A DNA stretch of 58,222 nt, the filler included, from Sphacelaria rigidula (lineage: Eukaryota), in the NCBI GenBank assembly GCA_964200075.2. It is 8 parts of 8 records of this genome, joined end to end, with 100 filler letters (N's around TTAATTAATTAA, not from the genome) between each part and the next. Parts side by side here need not be neighbours in the genome. Positions count along the whole stretch, not along the records: positions 7,292 to 14,482 come from CAXNAA020016040.1; positions 14,583 to 21,772 come from CAXNAA020016041.1; positions 21,873 to 29,062 come from CAXNAA020016042.1; 5 more parts are not named here. One strand, 5' to 3'. This document shows positions 13,244 to 25,731 of the stretch, piece after piece; position 1 is the stretch's first letter; every line of letters begins with the position of its first letter. The notes under the pieces were generated by a model, which searched no databases, was not told the origin of the DNA, and saw only the letters and a program-made list of their open reading frames with translations. Position numbers and translations under genes: made by a program.

Positions 13244-13311
13244 CATGAGACCACGGCTGGACCCCTGGGGGGTCACTTGAAGTGCGACAGTCAAATCAAA
13301 TCAAATCAACC
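13244..13311 (+). mobile_element. 3' end of a non-LTR retroelement (LINE/SINE) with (CAAAT)n tail; related copy on minus at ~32335-32390
   Basis: ctggacccctggggggtcacttgaagtgcgacagt(caaat)3. The minus-strand copy reads ctggatccttcgggggtcagttgaagcgcgacaattaatccatc. Short tandem-repeat tails are typical of 5'-truncated non-LTR insertions. Confidence 0.6.
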
Positions 13312-13804
13312 ATGACTTATCAAATTCAACAAATCAGCCCGACTTGAGCATATCGGTGTAAACTGCAGACGAAACTGGTTACGCACAGCAACGCCGCTGA
13401 AGAAGAAAAAAGTGAAAAAAAAAATGTACTACTGCATAATCTATTACCTTACCGACAGGACAAAAAAAAAAAAGGACATAAGGAATATGTCGTGATTGGA
13501 ACTGGAGTCTCCTGTATCACGTGGATTGAAGGGGCGCAGCGGTGTCATACAAAAAGTGCCCGCCTGGGCCAATTTCAGCAATATTTGGTCGAAATTGCGC
13601 AAGGATCTCCTGCACACAGGTACGCACAACAACACGAGCGATGCCAACGTATTCCTTTATTTATTTTCGAGGAGTTTTTTAGAGCATTTTTCCACTTTTC
13701 GCAGCAACTTCAAATGGCTCCAACTTCCTGTTTTTTTCTTTATGGTATCCCACGTAATGTTGCACACGTGGGACAACTCATGAGTTAACTCAGGTATTCT
13801 ATAT

Positions 13805-14147
13805 TACTCACCTGGCCAGAATGTGCACCACTGAGAATAGATGTAACTCATCCGGCCAGAATGTGCATAACTGAGTTATAGTTTATAACTCACCCGGTCG
13901 GAATGAGCATAACCGAGTTATAGATTACCACACACCCAGCCAGAATGGGCATAACCGAGTTATAGTTTATAACTCACATGGCCAGATTTTGCATCGCTGC
14001 GTTTTGGTTTACAACTCATCTGCCCGGAATGTGCATAACTGAGTTTTAGTTTATAACTCACCCGGCCAGAATTTGGATAATTGAGTGATCGTTTATAACT
14101 CACCTCACCAGGGTATGCATAACTGAGTGATGCTGCTATAACTCACG
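13805..14147. repeat. 42-bp minisatellite, ~8 copies (AACTCACCCGGCCAGAATGTGCATAACTGAGTTATAGTTTAT)
   Basis: Direct read. Unit junctions form the inverted repeat GAGTTATA-gtt-TATAACTC. Confidence 0.9.
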
Positions 14148-14451
14148 GATGAGTTACGCGAAAATGAGTTATGAAGAACAAACTCACCCGACCGGAAACA
14201 CGCGGAAAATAGCGATCGACACAACTCACTCATGTAAGAGGAAACGCGTGATCACGTGACACGTCTGCTGGTACACATGGCGTGAAGGGCCTCGTAGTAT
14301 ATTCGCATATATCAATACTGCCGCAGGTGTAATATGAAAACATGTACAATCTACGGTTATAGAGTATACAACAGCAAAAAATGCCCGTTTATTACGGTTC
14401 AACGTTTCTTGACGGCCGGGCGGAGGGGGGGGGGGGGGGGGGGGGGACATG

Positions 14452-14482
<31 letters not shown>

Positions 14483-14699
14483 NNNNNNNNNNNNNNNNNN
14501 NNNNNNNNNNNNNNNNNNNNNNNNNNTTAATTAATTAANNNNNNNNNNNNNNNNNNNNNNNNNNNNNNNNNNNNNNNNNNNNCTCTGTGACTACGGGTTC
14601 GAGAGATCGAGCTAATGTGATGGATATTACAAAAATAATAATTAAGGAGCAACCATGTGTATACCGGATGTAAAGTGTGCGCAATGGTTGTCTTGTCAT

Positions 14700-14795
14700 C
14701 CAGTTCATGTTGGACGTCCGTCTACACCTTTTCGGTATACGTAGACGCACTAGTCGGGGTCATAGAGGAGGAAGACCAACACACAAGTTTTTCTT
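14700..14795 (-). mobile_element. Diverged 3' part of the tRNA-derived SINE family seen at 30790 and 38657
   Basis: ggacgtccgtctacaccttttcggtatacgtagacgcactagtcggggtcatagaggaggaagaccaacac matches the reverse complement of the SINE 3' region. Confidence 0.7.
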
Positions 14796-16903
14796 CTATT
14801 AGTTCTCGACCTTCCTTCTACGGGTCTGTTTACGGTACATATTTCACACAACTCCATCACAGCGGTTCGATGCCCTGTACATCAAGGGATACATACGCCT
14901 TGCATCTACTCCTCTTCTTTCATCTCATCACCCGAGCATCACGCCTCACGAAGTCCATTTTATTCTCACCAATACCCATCCCCCCCCGCCTTCTCGTGGC
15001 GCCCCCCAGATGGCCTAGAGGAGCACAGATCTCCAAGACTTCACATCACATGCGAGGCATCCGTGACTGGCGTCACCGTGAAGGGCTGCGAGACGATGAC
15101 AAGAGTCGGGAGTGATGATGGATTGACAAGCGCTGGGTCGGTATCAGTACCGACCTAAAACAGGGACATTCACGAGTGCGAACACATCACATGCTCGTCC
15201 CATCCAATGAAGGCGATGCTTGCAAATCCATTTAGTCGGCGTTTCCAAACCCTGCGTAGTTCCTCTCGAGATAAAAAGCCCAAGGATGAGCAAAACGGGG
15301 TGCTGTCCATCGCCCAGCTTGGAAGCGACCCCGTACACACGAAAGGAGGCCCGCACTCAAGAGCTTCGTACGATATCTCCGGAAGGGGAGCTTCGAGATA
15401 ATACTCCCGGACGTCATCGTCCTATCAGCCTACAACAGCACCGGTGCTGTAATGCATAGCAGCGTACGGTACTGCTTTGGTCAAGCAACCAACCTCATGT
15501 GGTACCTCCAAGCCAGTCATACGACGAAAACAAAAAAAAATGAGATACGGTACCGAGCTGCCGGGTACACAGATACACGCATATTGTAACGATTTCCATG
15601 ACGAGTGTATTTGCTCCAGAAAACGTGTCAGCATGTCTTTGCCGTCCCAGAAACTACGCAGCCATCTGTCCAAAACGAGACGAACAACACAACAAAAAGA
15701 GCATGAACTGACCGATGACATTTGTAAGTGCCATCGCATCGACCAACAAAATGACACGAGACTCTCTCCTTCGCACCCCCCTTCTTTCCACCCGTGGCTT
15801 CAAAAATACCACCGCCCAACAGAAACATCGGATACACATGATAGATGGATCCCGTCCTTCATCACCGGACGAGTAACTCTCAGCAGTGCACGCAAACATC
15901 GTCATTCTGACAGGAACAACAGGAGGAGTAACCATCAGACACTACTCGTACAGCCTACATTTCTAGTGCTCTGCTCCTACACCGTACTCCAAGCGAAAAC
16001 ATACGCATAAAACGCCGAAAAAGAAAACGCAAGCGTGGCTCGGGATGCTCATTTCCGGACAGACGTACAAACAGACAAACAGACAGACAGACAGGCTTAC
16101 AAACGAAACTGGGAAAAATCGAACGCACGGTCGGATGCCACATGCCATCAACGAAGAAAGAGAGAACACAAAAAAAGGGGAGAAATAAATCGCGTGCTTG
16201 ATTATATGATGATCGTCTCTCATCCAGCATCAAAATACCATGCCATCACCCAAAAGGCAAAAAAAAACACGTTGCGCACCCATCTGCTGACCCTTTCGTG
16301 ACTCCTGACGGGCATCGGAATTTCATTTGCGACAACAGCCGCTTATACGTCGGTCGCTAGCTGCAAAGATCAACGCAAATCGACAAAAGCTATTTGCCTT
16401 TGTTCGCGTGTGTCGCCCCAGTCACGACCCCGAAATCATGCTTACAAAACCACTCCGTGCAATGGTACACCCAGATCATCAACGCTTGAGTGACTTTCCA
16501 GCAGAGAGAATAGAAGGAACTATGCATCACTACACAACACCTTCATCGCATCCCCACACCCCTCCCCCACATCTTTTTTGTCCACACTCTGAATATTTAA
16601 GTAAAAGTCCCCATCACATGCGATCCGTCGGAGGGGCGAGCAGTGCAAGCGGCGCAACCCGTAAAAGAGTTGGAGGTGCGCGAGTGCAGGTGACAGCACC
16701 ATGCTCCTTGCGGGTTCCATGTGAGCATGAACGCAACGCACGGACAACAATAAAGGCAGGAAAGACGACTGCAGATATGCCGCCGAAACGTGTCCACTAC
16801 CATCACACACGCAATGGTGAACATGGCGCAAGACTTCCATCTTATACCGCACCCAGGGCGAGAACAAAGAAAAATGAAATCGGGGGATGGCGACGGGGTA
16901 ACC

Positions 16904-17715
16904 TCAAGACCTCGAGTAGCCCACGTAGCCGAACTCAATTGTGGTGTCCATGAACTTCACGAGCGCGGCCTTGCTGGAGTACACCGGCAGGCTCATTCGC
17001 CGGTCACTTTTAGGAACAGAATGTTTGCGAGGGGGATGTGGGTGGGGATAGTAGGTATGGTAAGATGGGTGCAAAATAGGCAGTGCGAGGAATGGAGCGA
17101 TCAACCGCAAACAGTAAGACAGACTTGCTTGCACAAACACTCTGCCGCGTCTTCGCTGTCAAAGCTGTCATGTAGGATGGATAATTCACCAATGATGATT
17201 GCATGCGGAAGTTACCGTAGCACGTCTGTACTCACATACTATGTACACCCTCTCAACACTACACACAGCAACGCCAAAGTCGGTCATCACAAACAAAAAA
17301 AAGCTCACAAACACCACACATACACACACACCAGGAACAACCATTTCCAACGCGAGGCAGGAATGACCCCCCTCCCCCAATGCCATTAATACGCCCCCAC
17401 CGAAGTAACCACGTCTCTGTACACAGACGTACAAACGAGCAAGAGAAGCAAAAATAAAATACAAGCAATGAGCAGGAAACAACAATAACTCACCAGGTGG
17501 AAACCTGCGGGCACTCATCACGGCGAGGCCCCCTATCAATCGCCCAGCGGTGATCCTCATTCAAGGCATCGTCGTCGAAGCCAAAAGGAGGCACCCTGCT
17601 GCTTCCAGACCAGAACAGCAGTAGCTTTCTCTTGGCCACCTGGTCCAGCCCATCGGCCCATTCCCAAAGCCATGTAATCACCGCGTTGTCCGCCCCGAAG
17701 TCGCGGTCGACGTAC
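16904..17715 (-). CDS. HECT-domain E3 ubiquitin ligase, last two coding exons (17494-17715, 16904-17006)
   Basis: Spliced peptide YVDRDFGADNAVITWLWEWADGLDQVAKRKLLLFWSGSSRVPPFGF...CPQVSTC|DRRMSLPVYSSKAALVKFMDTTIEFGYVGYSRS* matches the HECT C-lobe pattern (VIxWFW, LLxFxTGSSRVP, xTCxxxLxLPxYSS). Splice sites are canonical and the catalytic Cys codon is split TG|T by the intron. Confidence 0.93.
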
Positions 17716-17889
17716 CTAGTAACAGGGGAGGAAGGGGGGGTAAGGGAGGGGCGATACAGTACGATTCATGTTGGGAATTAAAGTCGTGAGAACAAATTCG
17801 ATACATCGATTGATGAGACATTGTTTGAAAGCTCTTAGATCATTACAAGGAAACCCCCGTCGGTTGCTCCAACTTTTCTTCATCGGGGG

Positions 17890-18165
17890 AGGGGGCAAAG
17901 GGGGGGCGTACTCATTTGTTGCTTGCCTTAGTCGTGTGAACGTTGACCACGCATCCCTTCCGAGACGGGGCACCCGTCCTACCCCTAATAGAGACACGTC
18001 CAACATTTGAGCGCTCATTACGTTTCTTCCATGCATTACACAAAAACCTTTTACATATTTTATCCCCGGGCGCGCGCGGGGGGGGAGGGGGCGTACTCAT
18101 TTGTTGCTTGCCTTAGTCGTTTGACCATTGACCACGCATCCCTTTCGAGACGGAGCAGGGGGAGT
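17890..18165 (-). repeat. Two tandem copies of the ATGAGTAC/poly-C short dispersed repeat in the HECT gene intron
   Basis: gtactcatttgttgcttgccttagtcgt...gaccacgcatccctt at about 17908 and 18093, each preceded by a G-rich tract. Confidence 0.85.
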
Positions 18166-18407
18166 GGTTCAAGTTTTTCTCCTTGCTTGTGAATTTCGTT
18201 CATATTTCTTTTCACTTTGAAAATATGTTTCCACGTCATGGGGCCGCCCAAGAGAACGACGAAAAAATAAACCATGCATAGTATGAAGATACATGAAGTG
18301 ACGGGGGGCCTCGGAAAACGCTGCACTTCGAAAATGCTACGCTTCGAGCGTGGGATTGCCCCTTGAGTGGAAAGACATGGTGGAATCGTAAACATCGAAG
18401 AAACTTC

Positions 18408-19982
18408 CAAAGATGCTCCACGTACCCCGTACGGCGCCAGTATCCAATACAGTATCACCCTTACCCGTATCCTGGGCACGGCCAGTATTCACCCGCATGA
18501 GACCGCAAAAATACCCAGTATCCGCCAGTATCCACCAGTAGAAGGCTGCGAGATACCGAGTATCACCAGTATACGCCAGTACCAAGGTGCAAAAATACTC
18601 AGTATCACCAGTATCCGCCTGTATGAGGCTGCGAAAATACGCAGTTTCGCCAGCATCCGCCAGTATCAGGCGGTGAAATACCCAGTGAAATCAATCCGAA
18701 AAGAGATGTGTTTCTAGTATCATTCTAAAGTACAGCGAGAGACATTCCGCCGCATAAACACACACGCACGCACGAAGAAGACCCCTACTGGTCGACCCTT
18801 ACATACACCAGCCCCACGGACATGCCAGGGAAGGGTTACACTAGTGTCGTCGCAGAAAGCCGTGTTGCGGTAGGGAATTGTGAAGTGGACAGTTCGGGAC
18901 GTGCGGCAGACCCCGACGGCGTTGCTGCCAGACCTGCCGCTCGTACAACACCACCACCAGCTGCGGGAGAGGAGAGCACCGCGAGCCTTCCACCAACATT
19001 CACAGAAAATGGCTATGTTGTGGAGGTTCCGGACGAAGTCAAGAAAGCCGTCATCCAGGACCACAGTTTTACGCGGGCTGGGACCAAAACTGTATACTTT
19101 CAATTTGACGGCTTCCGCATACAACCATGTTTGCTTGTTTTCAGCCACGGACGCATGAGCTCGTACACCTCTTGTTTTGGCCATCAAAGTGACAATTTTC
19201 CTGCCACGGATGTTTCCTGGAGTTTTCCTGCTGCGTTTTGTGTGGGTTTGTGTGATGGGAATATAATATACTTGTGCTACTACTTGTTTGTGGGTGTAGT
19301 GGTATTCCTGGATACGAGGTGCTGGATGTCTCCACGTGCTTGGAATTTGATGTTTTTTGGTTCACCCTATCATGACGGCAAGGTGTTGAATGGAGTGGAT
19401 GCCAGTATTTACCAGTACGGGGCTGCGAAAATACCCAGTATCGAAATAACCAGTATCCCCCAATATGAAACAGTATGAGACGCCGAAATACACAGTATCG
19501 CTGGTATCCGCCAGTATCAGGCGGCAAAAATACCCGATATCACCAGTATCCGCCAGTATCGGCCAACGAAGTCCGCAGTTTCACCAGTGCGCACCAGCAT
19601 CGGCCTACGAAATACGCAGTTTCACCAGTACGCACCAGTATGAGACCGAGAAATACCCAGTATCGCCAGTATTCGCCAGTAAGAGGCAGCAAAAATACCC
19701 AGTATCACCACTATCGTCCAGTATCAGGTCGCAAAATACCCATGATCACCCGTATCCGTCAGTATCAGGCTGCGAAAAAAGCAATACCGCCAGTCTCCAC
19801 CAGTGTCAGGTGGCAAAAAATACCCGATATCTCCCGTATTCGACAGTATCGGGCTGCAGAATACCCAGTATCACCAGTATCCACCAGAATGAGATGAGGT
19901 ATTACGGGGGGCGTACGGATACGGGCCGGTGCGGAAATCCATACGGGTCATACTGGTACGGGCCATACGGGGAGCATCTCTG
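18408..19982 (+). mobile_element. Non-autonomous hAT-like DNA transposon with TIRs and CCAGTAT-rich subterminal arrays
   Basis: Left end CAAAGATGCTCC, right end GGAGCATCTCTG (11/12 inverted match). Flanking 8-mers gaaacttc/aggacttc match 5/8, a possible decayed TSD. ~40-bp units built on aaatacccagtatcaccagtatccgccagtatc at 18435-18690 and 19400-19890 surround a unique core. Confidence 0.75.
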
Positions 19983-20279
19983 AGGACTTCGTCCCGCAGC
20001 CTCACTTTCTTCATTTCTTACTTTTTTTGCAGAAATTTTGAATCGCTTTACAGTCTGGTTCACGCTCATCACCCGAAGTATTTTCATCGGCATAACTTCA
20101 CACCGTGTTTCGGGGTTAGACTCTGAAACTTTGCACACGTGATTTACGATTCTATACTAAAAACTTATCATGCACGAATTTTGTATGAATCATGGTAAGC
20201 GTGCATAATTTTCCAGAGTCAAACTCCCAACTACTTGGTTATAGTGTATTAACGCGTCTTTCGGGTATGCTCCACGGTG

Positions 20280-20560
20280 GAACTAGAAAAAATTGCCACA
20301 ATTTTATTAGGCACGCAACGAAACTTTGTACAAAATGTACTTTGGACTACCCCGGGACGCTAAACTATATTTCTTACATCGAGGCATGCTGTATCGGCTT
20401 CCGAGGGTCTTCATGACGAGACCTCCGAAAGCCGGTAAAGGGCGGAGAAATATTGAACTAGTTTTCAACAATAAATTCCTTCCATTAGGCGCACTATTAC
20501 CTACCAAGCTGCCTATTTTGAGGGTGGTCGGAGCTTTTCTGCGACATACGAAAGAAAAAA
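20280..20560 (+). repeat. Dispersed repeat family with a conserved ~21-bp-stem hairpin; relatives at ~36080-36350 (+) and ~50630-50880 (-)
   Basis: Hairpin at 20389-20440, 36175-36226 and 50747-50802, with similar flanks (e.g. ttggactaccccgggacgc vs ttggactctcccgggacgc). Confidence 0.75.
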
Positions 20561-20806
20561 GGAAACCGTCAGGAGGCTTTCTGGGTCTTTGGTGCATATC
20601 ATCAGTGAAAATCCGTCGACGCCAAAACTCGTCACCACCGGAATACCACGGGTTGGGGTGTAATTCAACCCCATCGCAACCGTTCTCAACTTTGTTTCCT
20701 CGTTAGATTCAAAGCATGTGGAGGTTGGATAGAAACTGAGTTGGAAGTTCGTGTTCTTCAATTTCAGAACAATTTGAAGACTGCTGATTGGTCGAGGTAC
20801 ATTTAT

Positions 20807-20892
20807 TGCCCTCGGCGTCACTCTCTTCAGTTGTTCATGTCGGTCAGTATGCCCTCGGCGTCACCCTCTTCAGTTGCCCATGCCGGTCAGTA
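20807..20892 (+). repeat. 43-bp tandem duplication
   Basis: tgccctcggcgtcactctcttcagttgttcatgtcggtcagta followed by tgccctcggcgtcaccctcttcagttgcccatgccggtcagta. Confidence 0.9.
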
Positions 20893-21671
20893 AGATATCA
20901 TGAGTGCGACTATTGGGTCGGTAATGCGGAAGGTATTTGTTGAACACATAATTTTGGGGGATAAACGTGAACCAGTCTGTAACTTTTCTTGTCTGTTTTT
21001 GTTCCTATTCTTGTTAGCTTTTGCAATTTTGCGCGTGTTGATAATACACGTACACGTATAAATCTCGTGTCAAAATTTCAGCTTCCAACACTTTTTATAA
21101 GCAGGGCAAAACTGTTCAACCGCCAACGGGAACGCTTCGCTGCCCCAGCTCGTAGTCTATTCTTGTCTCTTGTCCACTGTGTGCACCGTGTAGGTAAACT
21201 CTGTAGCGTGTCTCTTTGCTCTTCATGCGTTTTCGTCATCATATTTTTCGTGCCCCCTCGGCGGACATTCTCAATTCAACGAATATCTTATCGTGCTCCC
21301 GAGCATACCCTATCAATACACCGAGACTTGTTGGAATTCTCAACTATTCCAAAAAAAGGAATCCACTGAATTCGGATATGCATTTATTTTTGCGGCGGAA
21401 TTTTCTTCCCGCGGAAGCCAGTAGCATACGACCTTCGAGTGATGCCGCTATAGCCCCCCCTCCCCCCCTCCCCCCAGAAAAATGGCTGATTTGAGGAGGC
21501 AAAAATTACATGTAAACCAAAATTAAGAAAAGCCGAGCAGACCGAGCGGCTGGGAACCACCATGCTTGGGGTCGTCCTCGCCAATGTTATGCATATAAGG
21601 GGTTGCATGAGAGTGAGACCATCATGCGCTGCTGCATGGCCATATCTTTCGTGATATTTTTTTACGGTTAG

Positions 21672-21772
21672 GACGAATCATGACGGGTTCGAGCCACCAA
21701 ATCCACGATTTCTTCGGCCTGATTGCCCAAAGGGAGAAAAAAAATGATCGCTGGTCCAGGGGGTATCCACGC
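21672..21772 (+). repeat. Dispersed repeat shared with 23069-23172 on a different contig
   Basis: gacgaatcat...ccaccaaatccac.attt...ggcct.attgc...cgctggt...tccacgc occurs in both places. Confidence 0.75.
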
Positions 21773-22182
21773 NNNNNNNNNNNNNNNNNNNNNNNNNNNN
21801 NNNNNNNNNNNNNNNNTTAATTAATTAANNNNNNNNNNNNNNNNNNNNNNNNNNNNNNNNNNNNNNNNNNNNGTGGATACGAAGATTTTAATCCTCTGGG
21901 TTCTCATCCTCAATCAAAAGTACCATCCTCAACATAGATGATTGGCTGTTTTTTTAAAAGTGTTTTTATTTGAAAAATATGACTTTTCTCGATCATTGAA
22001 TTTGAACGCCACCCCGAACGACCCGCCTATCGAAATAATGTGTCCGCACTACGTACACTCATGATACATGGTGCAGCAGTGGGTCATTGCAGCCTCTGGA
22101 CACAGGGTGGTGCAGCCTTTCGCCTCTCGCCCGGCAAGCGTCAAGCTACAAGCTAACGCCCCCGCCCCCCCATCATCTACCA

Positions 22183-22563
22183 TCAGTCGACATTTGAAAT
22201 CGTGTCAAACTTCCGGCTCTGATTGTACTTGAGCATGACCGCGGCTTCGATCCGGTCAACTAACGCCCTCTCATGGCCAGGGTTCAAACACCCCCTCAAA
22301 ATGGAAAGCACTCGCTCCATAAACGCGGACGATGGCTGAATAAGTACGATATCCATCAGCACGAGATACCAAGTGGAAAGCCTTCTTTTGTCATTGTTCC
22401 AAAACGACAGCATACCGTAATTTGAGTGCGCGCCCGAGGTCGCGACCAAAAGGTCATCCTTCTCGGACAACAGCCCCGCCATGGCCTCGGGGGTCACGAA
22501 GGAAAATACAGCAAACTGGCGGACCTCCTTCCCGGTGTAGCCTCTACGCTGCTTGAAATACAC
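22183..22563 (-). pseudogene. C-terminal (dimerisation-domain) fragment of a second hAT-like transposase family
   Basis: LSFWNNDKRRLSTWYLVLMDIVLIQPSSAFMERVLSILR...DRIEAAVMLKYN fits the hATC pattern FW...L..W...L.QPSSAxxERVFS. The upstream catalytic region is absent. Confidence 0.8.
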
Positions 22564-23269
22564 GAAGTCGATGAGCTAACGCAGTAGGTTATACGTCGTA
22601 CAATGTGCAATGGGCTCCATGGCATAACTATTGTATATAATTTTGATTACATTCTCAATTCAACGCAGGATCAAATATATAAAACACAAACAGAAACGGT
22701 TTTCGGATCAGACCCGCAACCATGGCAGGTTTTAGTATTGATTATTGAAGCCTGTCTAGTGACGAGTAACGAGTGACGAGTCACGCCATAGGCCGTAGGG
22801 AGCACTTTCAAGCAGGTGATACACTGGCCACAGGAGGCGCATGAAAAAATGTCGCAATCTTTTGCGCGTTTCGAGCACATTTTAAGCTTTTCAAACATTT
22901 AAAGCTCTCTTTAAGCTTTTCGAAAAAAACTTATTAAGCCCCAAAACCCCAAAGTAAGCTAAACCTTAAGCGCGCTTACGGGGCTAATGCCTCGCCGCTG
23001 CCTGCTTGATTGACCACTCCCCCGCTTCACGACTCGGCTTGACTCCAGGTGGAAGGGTTCACGGTGCGGACGAATCATCGCCGGGTCGAACCACCAAATC
23101 CACAATTTTTCAGGCCTCATTGCTCGAATGAGAGAAAGAAGGATTGACCGCTGGTAAAAAGAGTCTCCACGCAATTTTTGCGCCAGTCCACGTGCCTGGG
23201 CTGCACGTACCTGGCTTGCAACGCTGAAAACGACGCCTGGGGATTGTTTCGTACAGTACAAAATAAATA

Positions 23270-24075
23270 TTTACACTACATTGAAGTAATCTCGACACGA
23301 ACCAATAATTCGTCTCGTCCTTGAAAATGTTGATCGTGCGCGTGTCTGATGTGATGTACGCGCAGGTCGATGATGGGCTCGATGTGTTACCATTCTACCG
23401 GCGCCCGAACGGTGGGCGCGGGCATGCTATAAAGTACCCCCTGCATCACTTCCTGCTCCACGCACCTCGAAACACGGAGGCCGATGTTCGACCATCACAG
23501 AAGATGGACGGCGCGGTACGAGAATATTGGACGCAGTACGCCGCTGATGCACAGTCAAGAGGGCGACGGGGTGTATTGGGTGCACTAAACAACATAATAT
23601 TTCGTTGACTGTGCGGGTGACGGCTAATGTGTTATATGTTTTCTTTGGGGGGGGGGATGGGGAGTTGTGCACCTGCGGTGCAGCCCCTGATAGCCTACCT
23701 GTCGTTGGATGTGCGATGTCCTTCGCATATGGATTTGCGAGGTCACTGTAGTGTGCGGTTATGGAATGCCGCGTGGCTGGGAATAGTTTGACATTGACCA
23801 GCGAGGCCAGTTTCATCGTTGAGTGGGTTCGACATACACTTCTATAAAATGAGGTCGTCATAACATCGAGAAAGAGGCCATTGGAGTGTGATAAAACGTT
23901 TATTTCAGGTGAAGAGTTGTCTCCTTCCGCCTCGAACATTTTGATATTGTTTCATCCCAGCGACCTCGGCGAAGAAGGGAAAGCAGCGCTTTCTTGGTTC
24001 CCGCCATCAGAGCAGATGGATTTCACCGCAAGAAAAGGTGCCCAGGTCCTCGAGGAAGTCAGATATCCGACTCAT
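23270..24075 (-). pseudogene. Possible decayed coding relic of unknown family
   Basis: Two long, mostly open minus-strand frames with sparse stops (MSRISDFLEDLGTFSCGEIHLL*WREPRKRCFPFFAEVAG... and ...SIFCDGRTSASVFRGAWSRK*CRGYFIACPRPPFGRR*NG...), separated by an intron-like segment. No family recognised. Confidence 0.3.
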
Positions 24076-25731
24076 TCAGTATCCCGAATTTGCAAATGGT
24101 GGATGCCAACATCGGCCTAGGTACCGGCCCGCCTCATAGTGTGCCAAAAACATACCGGCGCCGACTGTCACTCAAATATTTCCGTGCGAATGTCGGTGGA
24201 TGGGCTTCCGACGTTGGCATGGGGAACGCGCAACGAGCAATGCCACGGTAGGAGTGCACTTTTTTCGTGAAATAATGTCTAGTTCAGGGGCTCCTAACGA
24301 TTCTAGATGCACAAAAATATGGGTCAGGGCTTCCCCGTTCGCAAATTTATGGGGATACCCCCAGCACATTGGAGTAGTAATCCTGGCGTACTTTCACATA
24401 TTTTTCCAGGTCGTGTTTTGCATAAGATTAAGGGCTCCTAACAATTCTAACCTTAGAACATATTTGTGCACCCCTACAGTAGCATCACTCCAACACCGAG
24501 GAAAATAATGTTTCAGGCCGCGAAGGCGCTTAGTGAGGATGATCTTCGAGGATCCCAAACGTGAATATACTTCATCTGCGCCCGAAGTAAAGTCCGCCAT
24601 GATCACACAGACCCTTGACCGTGTCCAATGCCGCGTGTGATATATTTTTGAAATCTTCGGGTTTTTTTTTATTTGAATCGCGTATTCTTTTTCCCTGTTT
24701 GCGCAGCAGCCAGCGGGCGCGAAAGGCTGATAAACGATCAATCGACCTGAAAAATTGCCAAATATCGCCCCTTTTCTGTAACTCAGGGAAGAACCCTGGG
24801 AACCCGAAAGGCAAAAATCGTGACCAAAACTGTCACTGGCTCTCTGCGGTTCATCGCTCGCATACGACAGCTACGCCTAGTCCGAAACAACTTCTTTACG
24901 TTGCAGCCTTCCGTTGTTTCGAAACAAGCCAAATTCGGTCGAAATACCGCATAAAAACAAAAGTTATGTATGTACCCCAAGATTTGTTTTCGTGATTTAA
25001 CGGCATAACGGCATCTTCCCGAGACGTCTCAAGTGATTATTGCCTGTAACTCGTGAAATAGTAAGGCAACTCTCTGGGCTCATGCATTTTTTTATCACAC
25101 CTGGTTAATCCAGCACACCAAATTTCAGGGCCCACCAAGCACATACTTTCGTATTGGCCTTTTGCAAACCGGGCCTGTGGAAATTCAGAATAATATTTTG
25201 CCGGTCGCTAAGCGGCCCACGTTCGGTGTTTTAGTATTGAATTGTCAGGCGGGACCTAGAGAGGCCACGATGAAGCGAGAAAAATGGGGCAGTTTGTTTT
25301 TATTTTGTTTTTGCACTGGGTTGGGGCGGTTTAGCGTGGCAACAGCCATTTGTTGTCCGGGAACGCCCGAAATTCTCCCCTCTCGAAGACATGGAGGTCT
25401 GATTGTTTTTCATTCGTCACACCCGTGAATCTCTATGCTAAGTTTCGAATCACAATTCTATGAATTGAGCGTGAAAATCGAGTCAAGACCCAACAGCCAC
25501 GTTGATAACTTCTCAGAGCACCCTGAAAATCACAAAGAACGGGGGAAAAAACACGGAAACGAAAGAAAAGCACGATTCGATATTTCAAGTACACGTGTTC
25601 ACTGCGCCAGAGCGCGACAACCATGTTTCTCGGACCACTAACGGTCGGTAACACCCTCCTCACACCTAATCCCAAACCGCAAACATGCACCCGCCCACAT
25701 GACCAGTATCCTCCAACGTTCCAGTTCCGGC

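Noticed and set aside
13805..14147. CRISPR-like array (palindromic repeats at regular spacing)
   Set aside because: The sequences between palindromes are near-identical rather than unique spacers, no cas genes are present, and the context is eukaryotic. It is a minisatellite.
15170..15421. 84-codon open minus-strand frame (DDDVREYYLEAPLPEISYE...) as a terminal exon
   Set aside because: The acceptor context is weak, it lies downstream of the HECT stop, and it has no partner exon or recognisable motif.
19465..19983. Repetitive ORFs (KYPVSPVSASIR units) as a repeat protein
   Set aside because: They are translations of the subterminal CCAGTAT arrays of the TIR element, and unit lengths do not preserve a frame consistently.
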